From Patescibacteria group bacterium (GTDB lineage Bacteria > Patescibacteriota > Microgenomatia > UBA1400 > UBA1449), in contig JBMNOG010000006.1 in assembly GCA_050942955.1 (NCBI GenBank), positions 932 through 64,931 of the forward strand: 64,000 nt of DNA. Reading direction: 5' to 3'. Of this stretch, positions 1 through 10,231 are shown piece by piece (positions within the stretch are counted from its first letter, which is position 1; each line of letters begins with the position of its first letter). Both the position numbers and the translations under genes were made by a program. Below the pieces are notes generated by a model. That model saw only the letters and a program-made list of their open reading frames with translations. It was not told the DNA's origin and made no database searches.

Positions 1-766
1 CAAATAGAGCTGTTCTTCCAGTCTTAAGCTGATCCATGGCAATTGACCAACCGCTTGAGAATGGCAAAAACTTAGGATTGGCTGGCTGTCCGGGTAAAAG
101 TTGAGCAATAGCAAACACCAACGCTACAGTTTGAAGACCAACGACCACAAAATAGAATATCTTTTTGGCTGCATCCTTAGTTTTAAGAGCATACATTACT
201 GACATTGGCAGTATAATAGATAAAAAGCTTGCCAAGGCTAGTTGAGAGCCAATGGGTGTAAATGTCTTCTGGGCAAAAATTGGTCCCCGAAGAATATTGG
301 GTAAGATTTCCAGAAAAGTGAATACCTGTATCCAGCTCAAGATAAAACTTGAAAGCAAGAGAGAATAAAAAACCCGGTTGATCTTTTTCCTTACTATAAC
401 CAAAGCACTGAAAAGGATAACTGCAAAACTCAATAGTAATCCTGCCTTTCCGTATAGCAAGGCGATCTTATTGCTTGAGCTAAAAAAAACTGAGGCCAGT
501 ACTGCCACTATAAAAAGACATATCGGAACCAGATACTGTTTTGCCGGCAAAATAACTTTTTTTTCTGTAACCATGTAAACACCGGTCAGAATAAGAAGCA
601 GAACTGCCGTAACAGCGGTTAAGAGCCATTTGGGAAAGTCAAAGACATTGGCCGCTACAAAAGGTAGGAAGAGGACAGGAACAGTAAACGCATAGACAAC
701 CAAAACCCAAAGAGCTACATTTTCTATCAGTTTACTAACGTTTTGGGTTGTGTGTTTTTCTTCCAT
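1..766 (-). CDS. Polytopic membrane protein (O-antigen ligase-like/TPR type common in CPR), runs off the left edge
   Basis: ATG at 766; my translation begins MEEKHTTQNVSKLIENVALWVLVVYAFTVPVLFLPFVAANVFDFPKW with serial hydrophobic helices. Absent from the ORF track because it is truncated. Confidence 0.7.
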   Translation of the reverse strand, partial: MEEKHTTQNVSKLIENVALWVLVVYAFTVPVLFLPFVAANVFDFPKWLLTAVTAVLLLILTGVYMVTEKKVILPAKQYLVPICLFIVAVLASVFFSSSNKIALLYGKAGLLLSFAVILFSALVIVRKKINRVFYSLLLSSFILSWIQVFTFLEILPNILRGPIFAQKTFTPIGSQLALASFLSIILPMSVMYALKTKDAAKKIFYFVVVGLQTVALVFAIAQLLPGQPANPKFLPFSSGWSIAMDQLKTGRTALF

Positions 767-905
767 AGTAAATCAGAGAACAAATTTATAACCAGGATAT
801 TCTCCAGTGTAACGAGCAGGCAAATAAAAGTAAAGGGTGAATTTTACTTTTTATAACAACAATATCTGTTGATTTATAAAGTAAAAAATGGGCTGATAAA
901 ACCTC

Positions 906-2375
906 TTACTCTGTTAGCAAGATCTTACCAAAACCACTAGGGTTTCCAGGATCTATCTTTCCTACAGGCTCAACTTTTCTAAGTCTAAACTTAACCACAT
1001 CATGTGGTTGAAGAGATACGGTTTGGGATACAGAACCTGGAGAGGTGGCTACAGCCACCACACGCTCATCCCCTCCGCCCTGGAGAAACTCCCATTGCAG
1101 GCGGTACTGCCCTGGAGAAAGATTAGTGAAGGTAAGAGGAACAGACTCAGGCTTCATTTCTCCTAATGAATAATTGCTGGCTACTACTCTTATCTCGTTA
1201 CCTTCTTTCACTGCCCAAGCAGTTACTGCACTGCCTTCGCCGGTAAGCTGCAAGCGCTGCCCACTCATATCTCGCATAAATATAAAGGCTTTATAGCGTG
1301 GTTTGGGAATATAGTTGCCATACGTAAGGATCCCCCATCCAAAGTTACCCTGATCTGGTCCATCTTTTACCTCAAAAGCAAAGGCTTTATCCACCTGTTT
1401 CAGTATTTGTCTCACTGTTGTTACTGCATGAGCTGCAGAAAAGGACGAAGCGTATGCTTCTGTCTTACCAGGATCAGGTCCCCACTCAGATATGATCAAT
1501 TCATACTCCTGGTTTTCTCCTAACCAGGAATGAACTAGTTCAACGTCTTTTGCAAAAATCGTCGGATCGTAGCTATAGCGGTGCCATGAAATAAAATCCA
1601 AGGGAAGGTTTCGTTCCCGGGTAAACCGGACCAATTCAGTCACCCAATTTTTGTAAAGTGCAGTTATTGCAGGACCCCCAAAACGGAACGGTTTAACATT
1701 GGAGTTACTTTTAGCTTTTACTGTTCCTTGGGCAGCATAGTCGTAAAGGGTTAGGTAGTTTTGATCACCGTAGTACTTCCATTTACCAAACTGCTCCAAA
1801 TCCGGCTCATTCCAGACTTCATAATACACACCAGCAATTCCTTTTTCTCCTGAGTAATGGAGAATGGTCTGTTCAACCAGCCACTGCCACTCCTCCCAGT
1901 TATTTGGTTTACTTATCTTGGTAGGAGCAATAGCTGAGGGCATATAGCTTAAAGAAAGAAATGGCCGTGCTCCCATTTTTATAATGCTTTCGACTGCTTC
2001 ATCCAGTTTCCTCCAGGATACCTTAAGGGTTCCATCTTCTCTTTTCACTACCCCGTAGTAGTCATCATCAAAGATGTGATCAAGCCGAATATGCGTAGGA
2101 GAAATTGCCTGCATTGGCCGTTCAGTGCCTGCTAGCATTTGCTTCCCCGGTTCCTCCCCTCCCTGGGCAAACCCTAACCACCAAGGTTCGATATCTCCTT
2201 GCCCTTTTGCAGCATCGACAACGAGATTAGGAGGAAAATACTCTTCAGCCACAAACGTTTCCAACTGCCGTAAAAATGGAGGTCGCAGCCACAGTAAAAA
2301 TCCAGAGATACCCAGACAAACCAGTATAAGTCTAAGAAGACTGGCTGAAATTGATAGTTTCGTTTCTGTGGTCAT
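906..2375 (-). CDS. Membrane-anchored glycoside hydrolase, GH39-like
   Basis: N-terminal TM, YYEVWNEPD acid/base motif, LDFISWHRY, IISEWG nucleophile region, C-terminal beta-sandwich. Confidence 0.8.
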   Translation of the reverse strand: MTTETKLSISASLLRLILVCLGISGFLLWLRPPFLRQLETFVAEEYFPPNLVVDAAKGQGDIEPWWLGFAQGGEEPGKQMLAGTERPMQAISPTHIRLDHIFDDDYYGVVKREDGTLKVSWRKLDEAVESIIKMGARPFLSLSYMPSAIAPTKISKPNNWEEWQWLVEQTILHYSGEKGIAGVYYEVWNEPDLEQFGKWKYYGDQNYLTLYDYAAQGTVKAKSNSNVKPFRFGGPAITALYKNWVTELVRFTRERNLPLDFISWHRYSYDPTIFAKDVELVHSWLGENQEYELIISEWGPDPGKTEAYASSFSAAHAVTTVRQILKQVDKAFAFEVKDGPDQGNFGWGILTYGNYIPKPRYKAFIFMRDMSGQRLQLTGEGSAVTAWAVKEGNEIRVVASNYSLGEMKPESVPLTFTNLSPGQYRLQWEFLQGGGDERVVAVATSPGSVSQTVSLQPHDVVKFRLRKVEPVGKIDPGNPSGFGKILLTE

Positions 2376-2971
2376 AAAGTAATACCTGGTTTTACTACCA
2401 GTATGTTTTCTTCGTTTTCAGAGCCTTTAGCGTAGCTATCCTGAAAAGAATTTGGGGTAAACCGTATCTGTACTTCTGTTTTTTTGGAGAGAAGTTTACG
2501 AACATGTAATTTGCCCAAAAGCAGTTTCCCACTCTGCTGTTTTTCAAAACGGCCAGCGAGAGTAACTATCCCTTTTTCATTATCAACCTCATTTTCCAGA
2601 TAAATATCTGCCTCACCAAAATTTGCCTGAATTCCGAGCAAATCCGGCTGGGCATCAACTACCAGTAAATTTACTGGGTCAAACGCGACTGTAAGGTCTA
2701 CTAGCTTAATCGGCTGTTGTGCTTCTAACCAAAGTGATATCTCATACTCTTCTGCTTTAATTCTTTTTGTTTCTAGCCAGGAGACTACTCTGCCTGAAGG
2801 GCTAGTTTCTTCAGCCACATATAGTTCAGGTATAGTTTCTGTATAAAAAGAAGGTTTATTGGTAGATATCGGAGAAGTGCTGTAGAGATATTCAAGGATA
2901 GTAATAGATAATAAAATGACAAAAAGACTTAAGAAGTAATTAATACCTTGAAGTTTATGGATTTTTTCCAT
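2372..2971 (-). CDS. Membrane-anchored cohesin-like domain protein
   Basis: N-terminal TM; VDLTVAFDP..L.VVDAQPD..GIQ and N.VDN..G.V cohesin-like pattern; 4-bp overlap with the GH39 gene. Confidence 0.6.
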   Translation of the reverse strand: MEKIHKLQGINYFLSLFVILLSITILEYLYSTSPISTNKPSFYTETIPELYVAEETSPSGRVVSWLETKRIKAEEYEISLWLEAQQPIKLVDLTVAFDPVNLLVVDAQPDLLGIQANFGEADIYLENEVDNEKGIVTLAGRFEKQQSGKLLLGKLHVRKLLSKKTEVQIRFTPNSFQDSYAKGSENEENILVVKPGITL

Positions 2972-3034
2972 ACATTTACTAAAGCGTATCCATAATAAGA
3001 ATGCAAGAGAGAGGAGGAAGCAATAAATAAGCTG

Positions 3035-3223
3035 TTATTTTTTTTCTGAGGTTTTAATTTTCCCTCTAAATTTATCTTCTTTTGCGGTTTTCAAAATACT
3101 GCGGCAGATCATACAGTAAATAGGAGGTTTTAAGCCTTTTGCCTTGTAGAATTCCTGTTCTTGCGCTGTCCAAACAAACTGTTGCTTGCACTGTTTGCAA
3201 GTAATAACAATATCCTTTTTCAT
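3035..3223 (-). CDS. Small zinc-ribbon protein (CxxC...CxxC)
   Basis: MKKDIVITCKQCKQQFVWTAQEQEFY..KGL.PP.YCMICR matches the widespread D..L.C..C...FVFT..EQ.F...G...P..C..CR family. Confidence 0.85.
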   Translation of the reverse strand: MKKDIVITCKQCKQQFVWTAQEQEFYKAKGLKPPIYCMICRSILKTAKEDKFRGKIKTSEKK

Positions 3224-3314
3224 AATATCTATCTGTCTTGTCATTCTGATTTAATCTCAGAATCTCTTTTTCAAATTCTTAATTTTTCATTGCTAATTGA
3301 TAATTATATCTCTG

Positions 3315-3386
3315 TGGACCTACCGAGAATCGAACTCGGGTCCCAGCAATGCGAATGCTGTGCTCTACCAACTAAGCTATAGGCCC
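3315..3386 (-). tRNA. tRNA-Ala(CGC)
   Basis: Reverse complement GGGCCTATAGCTTAGTTGGTAGAGCACAGCATTCGCATTGCTGGGACCCGAGTTCGATTCTCGGTAGGTCCA: cloverleaf, CGC anticodon, G3:U70 pair; CCA not encoded. Confidence 0.95.
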
Positions 3387-3426
3387 AGAATAGATATATT
3401 GTACCACCTGAATGGAGAAGAAAAGA

Positions 3427-4551
3427 TTATTTCAGGTATGCTAAGGGGTCTTGGTTAGCTCCATTGTAGCGGACTTCGAAATGTAGATGAACACCGGTTG
3501 AACGGCCCGTGCTCCCCATTTTTCCTATAGCATCACCGCGGTTAACCCTCTGGCCAGCTTTAACATACAGTGATTGCATGTGCGCATACAGAGTAACAAA
3601 ACCATTGCCATGATCAATAATGACACGATTGGCATACCCTGAGTTGTCAGGCCAACCGGAAACCAGGACTGTTCCGGAGTCAGCTGCCAGAATATCGGGA
3701 GCACTGGAGTTAGCAATATCCAAACCTTTGTGGTACCAAACAAACCGCTGAGTAATACGACCACTTGTGGGCCAAACAAAGTTACCTGTCGCCGATACTG
3801 CTCCAGCATCAGGAGTTTGCCTATTAGCCAAGGTAGCATTCGGTGCCCACAGTGTTTCTCTAGGTTTAACACCATCAGGCACAATAAGGAGCTGTCCTAC
3901 TGCCAAACCGAAGTTTTCATCGTCTGTGTAGGTGTTAAAGGGCCAGTTAACAATCACCTGAGGATCAACACCATACTTTTTAGCAATTGAATAAATAGTA
4001 TCACCACGCTTAACTTTATGAACAATGCCGTCAATAGGAGGGATTTCCAGTGTCTGTCCGACTTTTATATCATCAACTGACTTAAGGTCATTTTGCCAGC
4101 GGATTGTATCTGCTGTTAATCCGAATTTCTTAGCAATAGAAGACAGAGTTTCTCCAGACTGGACTACATACGTCCTAATAGAGCTCTCAGGCTTAATTGA
4201 AATCTGGGTAGTTAAAGCTGCAGCCTGGACATCTATACTCTGACCCAATACTGCACCCCCTACTCCTTCACTTACATCCTGAGGGTCAGTAGGTAAAGCA
4301 TCGCGCACTAGAGGCGCTACCGCCAACCCAACCAAAAACAGCCCTGTCATGGAAGTGTGTAAAAAGGGACGGACATATTTACCCCTTTTTGTAGTTAATC
4401 CTCCAACAACCACATCTTTGGCATCTTCAAAGCGGTAGAAGTAGAAAAAAAGACGGCGGTTAATGTATGACGAAAGTGCCAGGAAGAATTGATACAAACT
4501 TTTGAAATAGTCAGCAACAGGCGCAACAACAGGAACACCAAGCTTTTTCAT
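3427..4551 (-). CDS. M23 family peptidase with two LysM domains
   Basis: Two LysM repeats (YVVQSGETLSSIAKKFG; HKVKRGDTIYSIAKKYG) plus M23 motifs HKGLD, YAH, STGVHLHFE. Confidence 0.95.
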   Translation of the reverse strand: MKKLGVPVVAPVADYFKSLYQFFLALSSYINRRLFFYFYRFEDAKDVVVGGLTTKRGKYVRPFLHTSMTGLFLVGLAVAPLVRDALPTDPQDVSEGVGGAVLGQSIDVQAAALTTQISIKPESSIRTYVVQSGETLSSIAKKFGLTADTIRWQNDLKSVDDIKVGQTLEIPPIDGIVHKVKRGDTIYSIAKKYGVDPQVIVNWPFNTYTDDENFGLAVGQLLIVPDGVKPRETLWAPNATLANRQTPDAGAVSATGNFVWPTSGRITQRFVWYHKGLDIANSSAPDILAADSGTVLVSGWPDNSGYANRVIIDHGNGFVTLYAHMQSLYVKAGQRVNRGDAIGKMGSTGRSTGVHLHFEVRYNGANQDPLAYLK

Positions 4552-4882
4552 AGTGTAAGCTAGTATAGAAAAGCAAAGCTATTATTTCAAGAGAAGAAAA
4601 GCTAAAAAGTACGAAGTTACAAGAGCGAGGTACCAAGTAGGAAGAACCAGGTGCAAGGTGCGAAGCGCTAATTCGAAGCTTTATAAAAGCGAAGGATGGA
4701 AATTTTGGAAGGATGTTCCTCATCTTTTTGAGTGAAAGGTACAGGCAGGCAGGCTAATAAGGGTGTCCTTTTTTTTCTCTTTCTTTGCGGAAAAGAGAAG
4801 AAAGTTTTAGGACACGCAGGAAAAATAGCATATTTACTTCAGGTAACCAAAGAAAGACGACAATTTTTTTATCAATCCAATT

Positions 4883-4917
4883 AAAAAAGGAGGCAAGGTG
4901 TACACCTTGCCTCCTTT
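4883..4917 (-). terminator. Intrinsic terminator after rho
   Basis: Perfect inverted repeat AAAGGAGGCAAGGTGTACACCTTGCCTCCTTT followed by a U6 tract on the - strand. Confidence 0.9.
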
Positions 4918-4936
4918 AAAAAACTAACAAAATTGT

Positions 4937-6271
4937 TTACTTCCCTAAACTCTCCAGAAATTCCTGGTTGTTATCTGTTTTTGCCAGCCTCTCCATGAGA
5001 ATTTCGGTTCTTTCCTGAGCTCCCAGCATATCAATCATCGTGATCAGGGTTTTAATCTTGTCATATGTCTTTTTATCAAACAGAAGTTGATCCTGACGTG
5101 TCCCTGATTTCTGAACATCAATAGCAGGGTAAATACGGCGTTCAGCCAATTTCCTGTCAAGGTGAAGCTCCATGTTGCCTGTCCCCTTGAACTCTTCGTA
5201 GATAAGGTCATCCATACGGGAACCGGTATCAACTAACGCTGTACCAAGGATGGTCAGTGAGCCGGTTTTCTTACCATCATAGGTATCAAACTCTTCAAAG
5301 TTTCTGGCAGCTCCAAAGAAACGCTTGGGTGGGTACAAAGCAGCCGGGTCAAACCCTCCGGAAAGGGTCCTTCCAGATGTAGGAATAGCCAGGTTGTAGG
5401 CTCTAGCTAAACGGGTAATTGAGTCCAAAAGGATAACTACATGGTTACCAAGTTCAACTAAACGTTTCGCTCTTTCAAGAGCCAATTCTGCCACTTTTAC
5501 CTGTCTCTCAGGCGGTTCATCAAAGTTAGAAGCAGCTACTTCTCCTCTAATTGAACGACTGATATCCGTTACTTCCTCAGGCCGCTCACCCACTAAAACT
5601 GCCATTAAATACGAATCAGGATAGTTGGTAGTTAACCCATTCGCAATTTCTTTTAAGATTGTTGTCTTTCCAGCTTTAGGCGGAGAAACAATTAACCCTC
5701 TCTGACCTCTTCCCACAGGGGCCACCAAGTCAATAAGACGGGTGGAAAGTATTTCTTTTTTCGTTTCAAGGTTATACTGTTTATCAGGGTAAACAGGGAC
5801 AAGTCTATCAAACACTACCCGATTGCTTTCATTAAGTTTATCAACAGCAACACCGTTTACTTCAGTCACTTTAAGAAGTCCCCAGTAGCGCTCAGATTCC
5901 TTCGGACGGCGGGCGGGACCTTTAACCATATCGCCAGGCCTTAGACGAAAGCGGCGGATTTGGCTTGTTGAAATATAGACATCCCTGTCAGATGGAGCAA
6001 ACTCTGGTCGTAAAAGACCATGGCCATTGTGTTCCATATCCAGAACACCATAAACCTCTTCAGTCGGCACTCCAGCATCAGGGATAACTCGATCATCAAC
6101 CACGCCATCAAACCTTCTTCCTCCATTCCTCTTTGGACTTGGAGAGGGGGCAGATTTTCCGGATGGCTTAGAATCCATACCTACTAATTTATCAATATCA
6201 TCTGCATTAACAGAATTATCTGTTGTTTGATTTTTTTCTGAAGAAGAAGTAGAAGTCTTTGTTGGAGACAT
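4937..6271 (-). CDS. rho: Transcription termination factor Rho
   Basis: RNA-binding DVYISTSQIRRFRLR, P-loop GRGQRGLIVSPPKAGKT, DSITRLARAYN, FEEF/YEEFKGTGNMEL; SD AAAGGA. Confidence 0.98.
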   Translation of the reverse strand: MSPTKTSTSSSEKNQTTDNSVNADDIDKLVGMDSKPSGKSAPSPSPKRNGGRRFDGVVDDRVIPDAGVPTEEVYGVLDMEHNGHGLLRPEFAPSDRDVYISTSQIRRFRLRPGDMVKGPARRPKESERYWGLLKVTEVNGVAVDKLNESNRVVFDRLVPVYPDKQYNLETKKEILSTRLIDLVAPVGRGQRGLIVSPPKAGKTTILKEIANGLTTNYPDSYLMAVLVGERPEEVTDISRSIRGEVAASNFDEPPERQVKVAELALERAKRLVELGNHVVILLDSITRLARAYNLAIPTSGRTLSGGFDPAALYPPKRFFGAARNFEEFDTYDGKKTGSLTILGTALVDTGSRMDDLIYEEFKGTGNMELHLDRKLAERRIYPAIDVQKSGTRQDQLLFDKKTYDKIKTLITMIDMLGAQERTEILMERLAKTDNNQEFLESLGK

Positions 6272-6485
6272 ACATCATCCTTTCATATATTAAAGTATTG
6301 TTTATAACTGCAAACGCTAATTTATGGTCATGCACCAGGTTTTGTATAAAAACTTAATTTACTAAACTTTGGTAAAGGGAAAGGAAACAGTTTACCAAGT
6401 GCACATGTGTTGTTTTTTATTCTTCTCTTACCATGAAAAAATAGGAATTTGAAAATGCAAATTTCGAGGAAAACGTAACGTTCTT

Positions 6486-6514
6486 AGCCTAACACAGCCC
6501 TTATCTCTTGTCAA
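6486..6514 (-). promoter_or_regulatory. Sigma70-type promoter for rho
   Basis: TTGACA-17 nt-TAGGCT with an extended TG, about 210 nt upstream of the rho ATG. Confidence 0.65.
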
Positions 6515-7048
6515 TTTTTGCTTTCGATACTCTAATCGGGATTCGAAAGCCTGCCCTACTCTCGAATCCCCATTACAAGCTCGATCTACCAGCTCACAAG
6601 TTGAATGTCACCACGTTAACTTCTTGACACCAGCACTAACTTTTGCTATGTTAGTTTTACAAGGTATTCTTTATTCCTGTCCTTATAAAGAATCCTTAAT
6701 TTAAGAGAGAGCATTGCTATTCGTCCACATTCTGCTGCCTGGTAGAATATAAAGGAGCGATAGTAATGCTTTCTTTTTTTGCTTCGAGCTGTCAATGTAT
6801 GCTTCCCTTTTAACAGGCTAAGCAAACGCCTTATATCTTCTATAATAACACCCAAAACAGCTCCTGTCAATCCTATAACATCGAGCAATTTCGGGTTTCC
6901 TTTTCTCCTGTTTTTAGTGCCTTTTTATGGGATATACAAAGAGCATTTATTGTATTCAAAAATAAGTTCTATAATTTATTTTATAATAAATAATACTTCG
7001 GTCTTTTTGTGGGTAATTTGTAATCTATTTGGAGGTTTTGTTGCGAAA

Positions 7049-8215
7049 TCACTCAAGCCGTTCTTTTAATATAAGGACTCTTTCAACTGAGTCTTCAAGG
7101 CGTTTCCTTAAATGATCTTCCTTGTCGAATGCTGCCTCTAATCTCTCGCAAACCGGCCTGTAGTTATTCAAATCGCTAACAATAAATAGATCTGCTCCGG
7201 CTGTAAAGCTCTGCAGCACAAACTCATCAAGCTTTTGCTGGCTGGTTACTGCCTTCATGGTAACGTCATCTACAACAACCACACCTGAAAATTGCAGTTC
7301 CCCTCTTAGAAGGTCTGCAATAAAGTACGGCGAAGCACTGGTAATAGCGGGATCAATGTGTGGATACATAAGGTGCGTAACCATAACAGCCCCTGCCCCA
7401 CTATCAATAACCTGTTTAAATGCCTTTAAATCCGTCGCTAGCTCTGTTTTATCCAGATTGATCTTGGGTAGTACCTGGTGAGGATCGGAAACTGTATACC
7501 CTAAACCTCCGGGAAAGTGCTTGGCAACAGGAATTATTCCTATCTTCTTATACCCTTCAACCATAGCGGTCGCCAGTTTAGCTGAGTTAGCGGTAAATGC
7601 CCGTCCTTGCCTTTCAATAAACGAGGTTTTAACAGTACTACCTGTCGTTTCAACAACTGGCGCAAAATTTACATTAATTCCCAAATCTTTTAGTTCTTTC
7701 CCTCTTTTTACAGCAACTTGTACAGCTTCCTTGTAAGTTGTAATCTCAGACTGAGCCGTAGTATCTATCCAAGGAATCCGGCTCACCCTCCCCCCTTCCT
7801 GGTCAACAGCTATAAATGGCTTAATGCCCGAGAGAGTTGCCTGTTTGGCAATGGCTGCTGTTAACTCTTTAAGTTGATCAGGGTTTTTTATATTTTTATT
7901 AAGAAGCATGAAACCGCTGATTTCACCATTTTGCAGTAATATTTTTTCCTCTTCTGCAAGGGTTGTGCTTTCAAGCGTAGTGATCAGCAACTGACCTATT
8001 TTTTGCCTGTATGATAGTTTTGACATTTTCATCTTAACTTCCTGAGCTTCTGGGGGTAAGTTTGGTACCAGAGAACTCCGGTAGGACGGCTCTTTAAGAA
8101 ACACGGCTCCAAAAGCACACCAGAGCGCTACTAGCACAACCAAACTAATGGTATTACCTATTAAGATTCTTTTACAATTGAGCCGGTGAAAAACTGAGCG
8201 GGATACTTGTCGCAT
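7049..8215 (-). CDS. GH3 beta-N-acetylhexosaminidase (NagZ-like) with N-terminal TM
   Basis: KIGQL, AVDQEGGRVSR, NFAPV, AKHFPG..SDPH and VVVDD motifs of NagZ-type GH3. Confidence 0.9.
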   Translation of the reverse strand: MRQVSRSVFHRLNCKRILIGNTISLVVLVALWCAFGAVFLKEPSYRSSLVPNLPPEAQEVKMKMSKLSYRQKIGQLLITTLESTTLAEEEKILLQNGEISGFMLLNKNIKNPDQLKELTAAIAKQATLSGIKPFIAVDQEGGRVSRIPWIDTTAQSEITTYKEAVQVAVKRGKELKDLGINVNFAPVVETTGSTVKTSFIERQGRAFTANSAKLATAMVEGYKKIGIIPVAKHFPGGLGYTVSDPHQVLPKINLDKTELATDLKAFKQVIDSGAGAVMVTHLMYPHIDPAITSASPYFIADLLRGELQFSGVVVVDDVTMKAVTSQQKLDEFVLQSFTAGADLFIVSDLNNYRPVCERLEAAFDKEDHLRKRLEDSVERVLILKERLE

Positions 8216-8423
8216 AAGGCTGTAAATGATAGTATACTAAGTCTGTTATTGTGTGTACCAGGGTCTGGAAAATGCCTTGTAATCACTTTAACAACACAGA
8301 GGAGTTGTATATTTTAATCCCTTGAGTCACAAAGTGACGAAAGGGAGAGATCAATTATCCCTTTTGAGGGATAAAGCCTCTCAGTTAAGGACATATTCAA
8401 AGTTTCTGATACTTTAACAACAC

Positions 8424-8509
8424 GGAGGAGTCGCATAGAGGTCAATTGCAGCGGTTTGCTAAACCGCGCCCCGATTTGGGGCCCGTGGGTTCAAATCCCA
8501 CCTCCTCCG
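8424..8509 (+). tRNA. tRNA-Ser(GCT)
   Basis: GGAGGAG acceptor pairs with CTCCTCC; GCT anticodon in GCGGT-TTGCTAA-ACCGC; long variable arm GCCCC-GATTT-GGGGC; GGTTCAAATCC T-arm. Confidence 0.95.
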
Positions 8510-8575
8510 CAAACTTCATTAAGATTATAGAATACTCTCGTCTCTAATCTCTTCCCTAATCCTCTATTCTAAAAA

Positions 8576-10180
8576 CTATTCCTGAATTAAAGAGTCAAAC
8601 CCTCTATGTGTTTCGGATTCTAAAGTAGGGTTTATGTAAAGTACTAGGTCTTCAGCAAGGTAAGTAGATCTCTTAAGAAGCGGGTTTTTTGAAGAAGAAT
8701 GGAAACGATATTCCTGTTCTTTTATCATGGTGCCCTTGACCTCTTTCAAAAAAGTTAGCTGTCCCGACTCAATTTCGTCACCCATAGTGCTGTTAATTAG
8801 GAGGTAGTCAACCGTATTAGGGTCATTTTGCAACTTACCGTCCCGTATCTCCTGGTCATACTCAGTCTTTGAATACCACTCTACATTAGGAAACAAAACT
8901 TTGTTATTTTTATCTATCCGCAAATCCAGAAAAACAAAATTATCTGCCACAATAACAGCCTGTTTATCTTGAATACTTTGCAAGCTTTCCAGTGCCTGCA
9001 ACTGGTTAGCAGTAGCATTTTCAAGGTAAAGAAACTCACCCTCTTTGAGCCAAAACATCGTTAATACTGCTAAGGGTAAAAACCAGCTCAACGGATGTTT
9101 TTTTATAAAACCATTAACTCGGGCTTCAAAAGTGAGTAAGTGTATCAGAAAACAGATTTGCAAAACTAGAAGGGGTAAAAGTGGAATAATGTAAAAATCA
9201 AGAATTGTTCCTCCTCGAATAAGAAAAAAGGTAAAAAATACACTCATAAGTGCTAACCCAATAACCACTTTATTTTTGTGCTGAAAAAGAAGGTTAAGAA
9301 CTAATGCTCCAAAACCAGCGCCAATCAACCATGGATCTATCTGCAGCCAGAAATCAAGTTTTTGACATAGGTCACTGCCTTCTTTCCAAAATAACAATCC
9401 TGAACCTCGTTTAACCTGAAAAAACAAGGTTTCGACAAAACTCACATGTTCTCCTCCGGGCAAAAACTCGCCTTTAAGAAAAGCAAGTAAAGGAAAAAGA
9501 CTTAATAAAAACCCGGTAGTAACTAAAGCTAGAAGTGTCTGGTAACGTCTGTTAACCTTACTGTTCAGGACATGCACCATATAGAGAAAAGGCGGTACTA
9601 CAAACAAAAGCGATTCCTTCGAAAGAACTGCAGCAGCCAAAAAGACACTACCCAAAAACACGTTTTTACCTTTGCTTGGCTCTCTAAGAAAAACAAAAAG
9701 ACTGACAAGCAGCCAAAAAGAAGCTAGGTTATCTAAAAGTACTTGCCTATGAAATAAAACTGCCAGTGGTGAAAACGCAAAAACCACCACTCCAAACAAA
9801 GCAATAAAAACGGACTTCGTGACATTATGGATAAGTTTGAACAGAAAAACACTGGAAAGACTGCTCACAAGGATCATAAACAGCCTCCCGGAGAACAAGG
9901 AAAAGCCAAAAGCGAAAGGCCCTCCTGTAAGCTTTTGCCACAAACCTATCTGCAACCAACCCAAAGGAAAGTGGTCATACCAATATGTGTAGGGCCCCAT
10001 TTCCTTAAAGTGAGTCCACCACCAAGCCTGGGAAACATAAATACCCTCATCTCCTAAAAACTTAGGAAACCGCCAGAAGCCGACCAGTAAAGGTATGGCT
10101 GTTAAGAGAAATACTAGTACTAAGGGTAGTAAAGAGTTTGGGTTTGCAACAGCTGGTAATTTTACCTGTTTTTGCTTCAC
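8576..10180 (-). CDS. GT-C fold glycosyltransferase (ArnT/PMT-like)
   Basis: GDEGIY, YDHFPLGW, QVLLD and LSKE motifs; many TM helices. Confidence 0.85.
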   Translation of the reverse strand: MKQKQVKLPAVANPNSLLPLVLVFLLTAIPLLVGFWRFPKFLGDEGIYVSQAWWWTHFKEMGPYTYWYDHFPLGWLQIGLWQKLTGGPFAFGFSLFSGRLFMILVSSLSSVFLFKLIHNVTKSVFIALFGVVVFAFSPLAVLFHRQVLLDNLASFWLLVSLFVFLREPSKGKNVFLGSVFLAAAVLSKESLLFVVPPFLYMVHVLNSKVNRRYQTLLALVTTGFLLSLFPLLAFLKGEFLPGGEHVSFVETLFFQVKRGSGLLFWKEGSDLCQKLDFWLQIDPWLIGAGFGALVLNLLFQHKNKVVIGLALMSVFFTFFLIRGGTILDFYIIPLLPLLVLQICFLIHLLTFEARVNGFIKKHPLSWFLPLAVLTMFWLKEGEFLYLENATANQLQALESLQSIQDKQAVIVADNFVFLDLRIDKNNKVLFPNVEWYSKTEYDQEIRDGKLQNDPNTVDYLLINSTMGDEIESGQLTFLKEVKGTMIKEQEYRFHSSSKNPLLKRSTYLAEDLVLYINPTLESETHRGFDSLIQE

Positions 10181-10231
10181 CCTTTTAGTATACCCAAATT
10201 CTCACCTGCTATGCTATCCGGGCATGCAGAC

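Noticed and set aside
6646-7069. Short ORFs between rho and the GH3 gene
   Set aside because: They have weak starts, no recognisable motifs and conflicting strands. A gene remnant is possible but unsupported.
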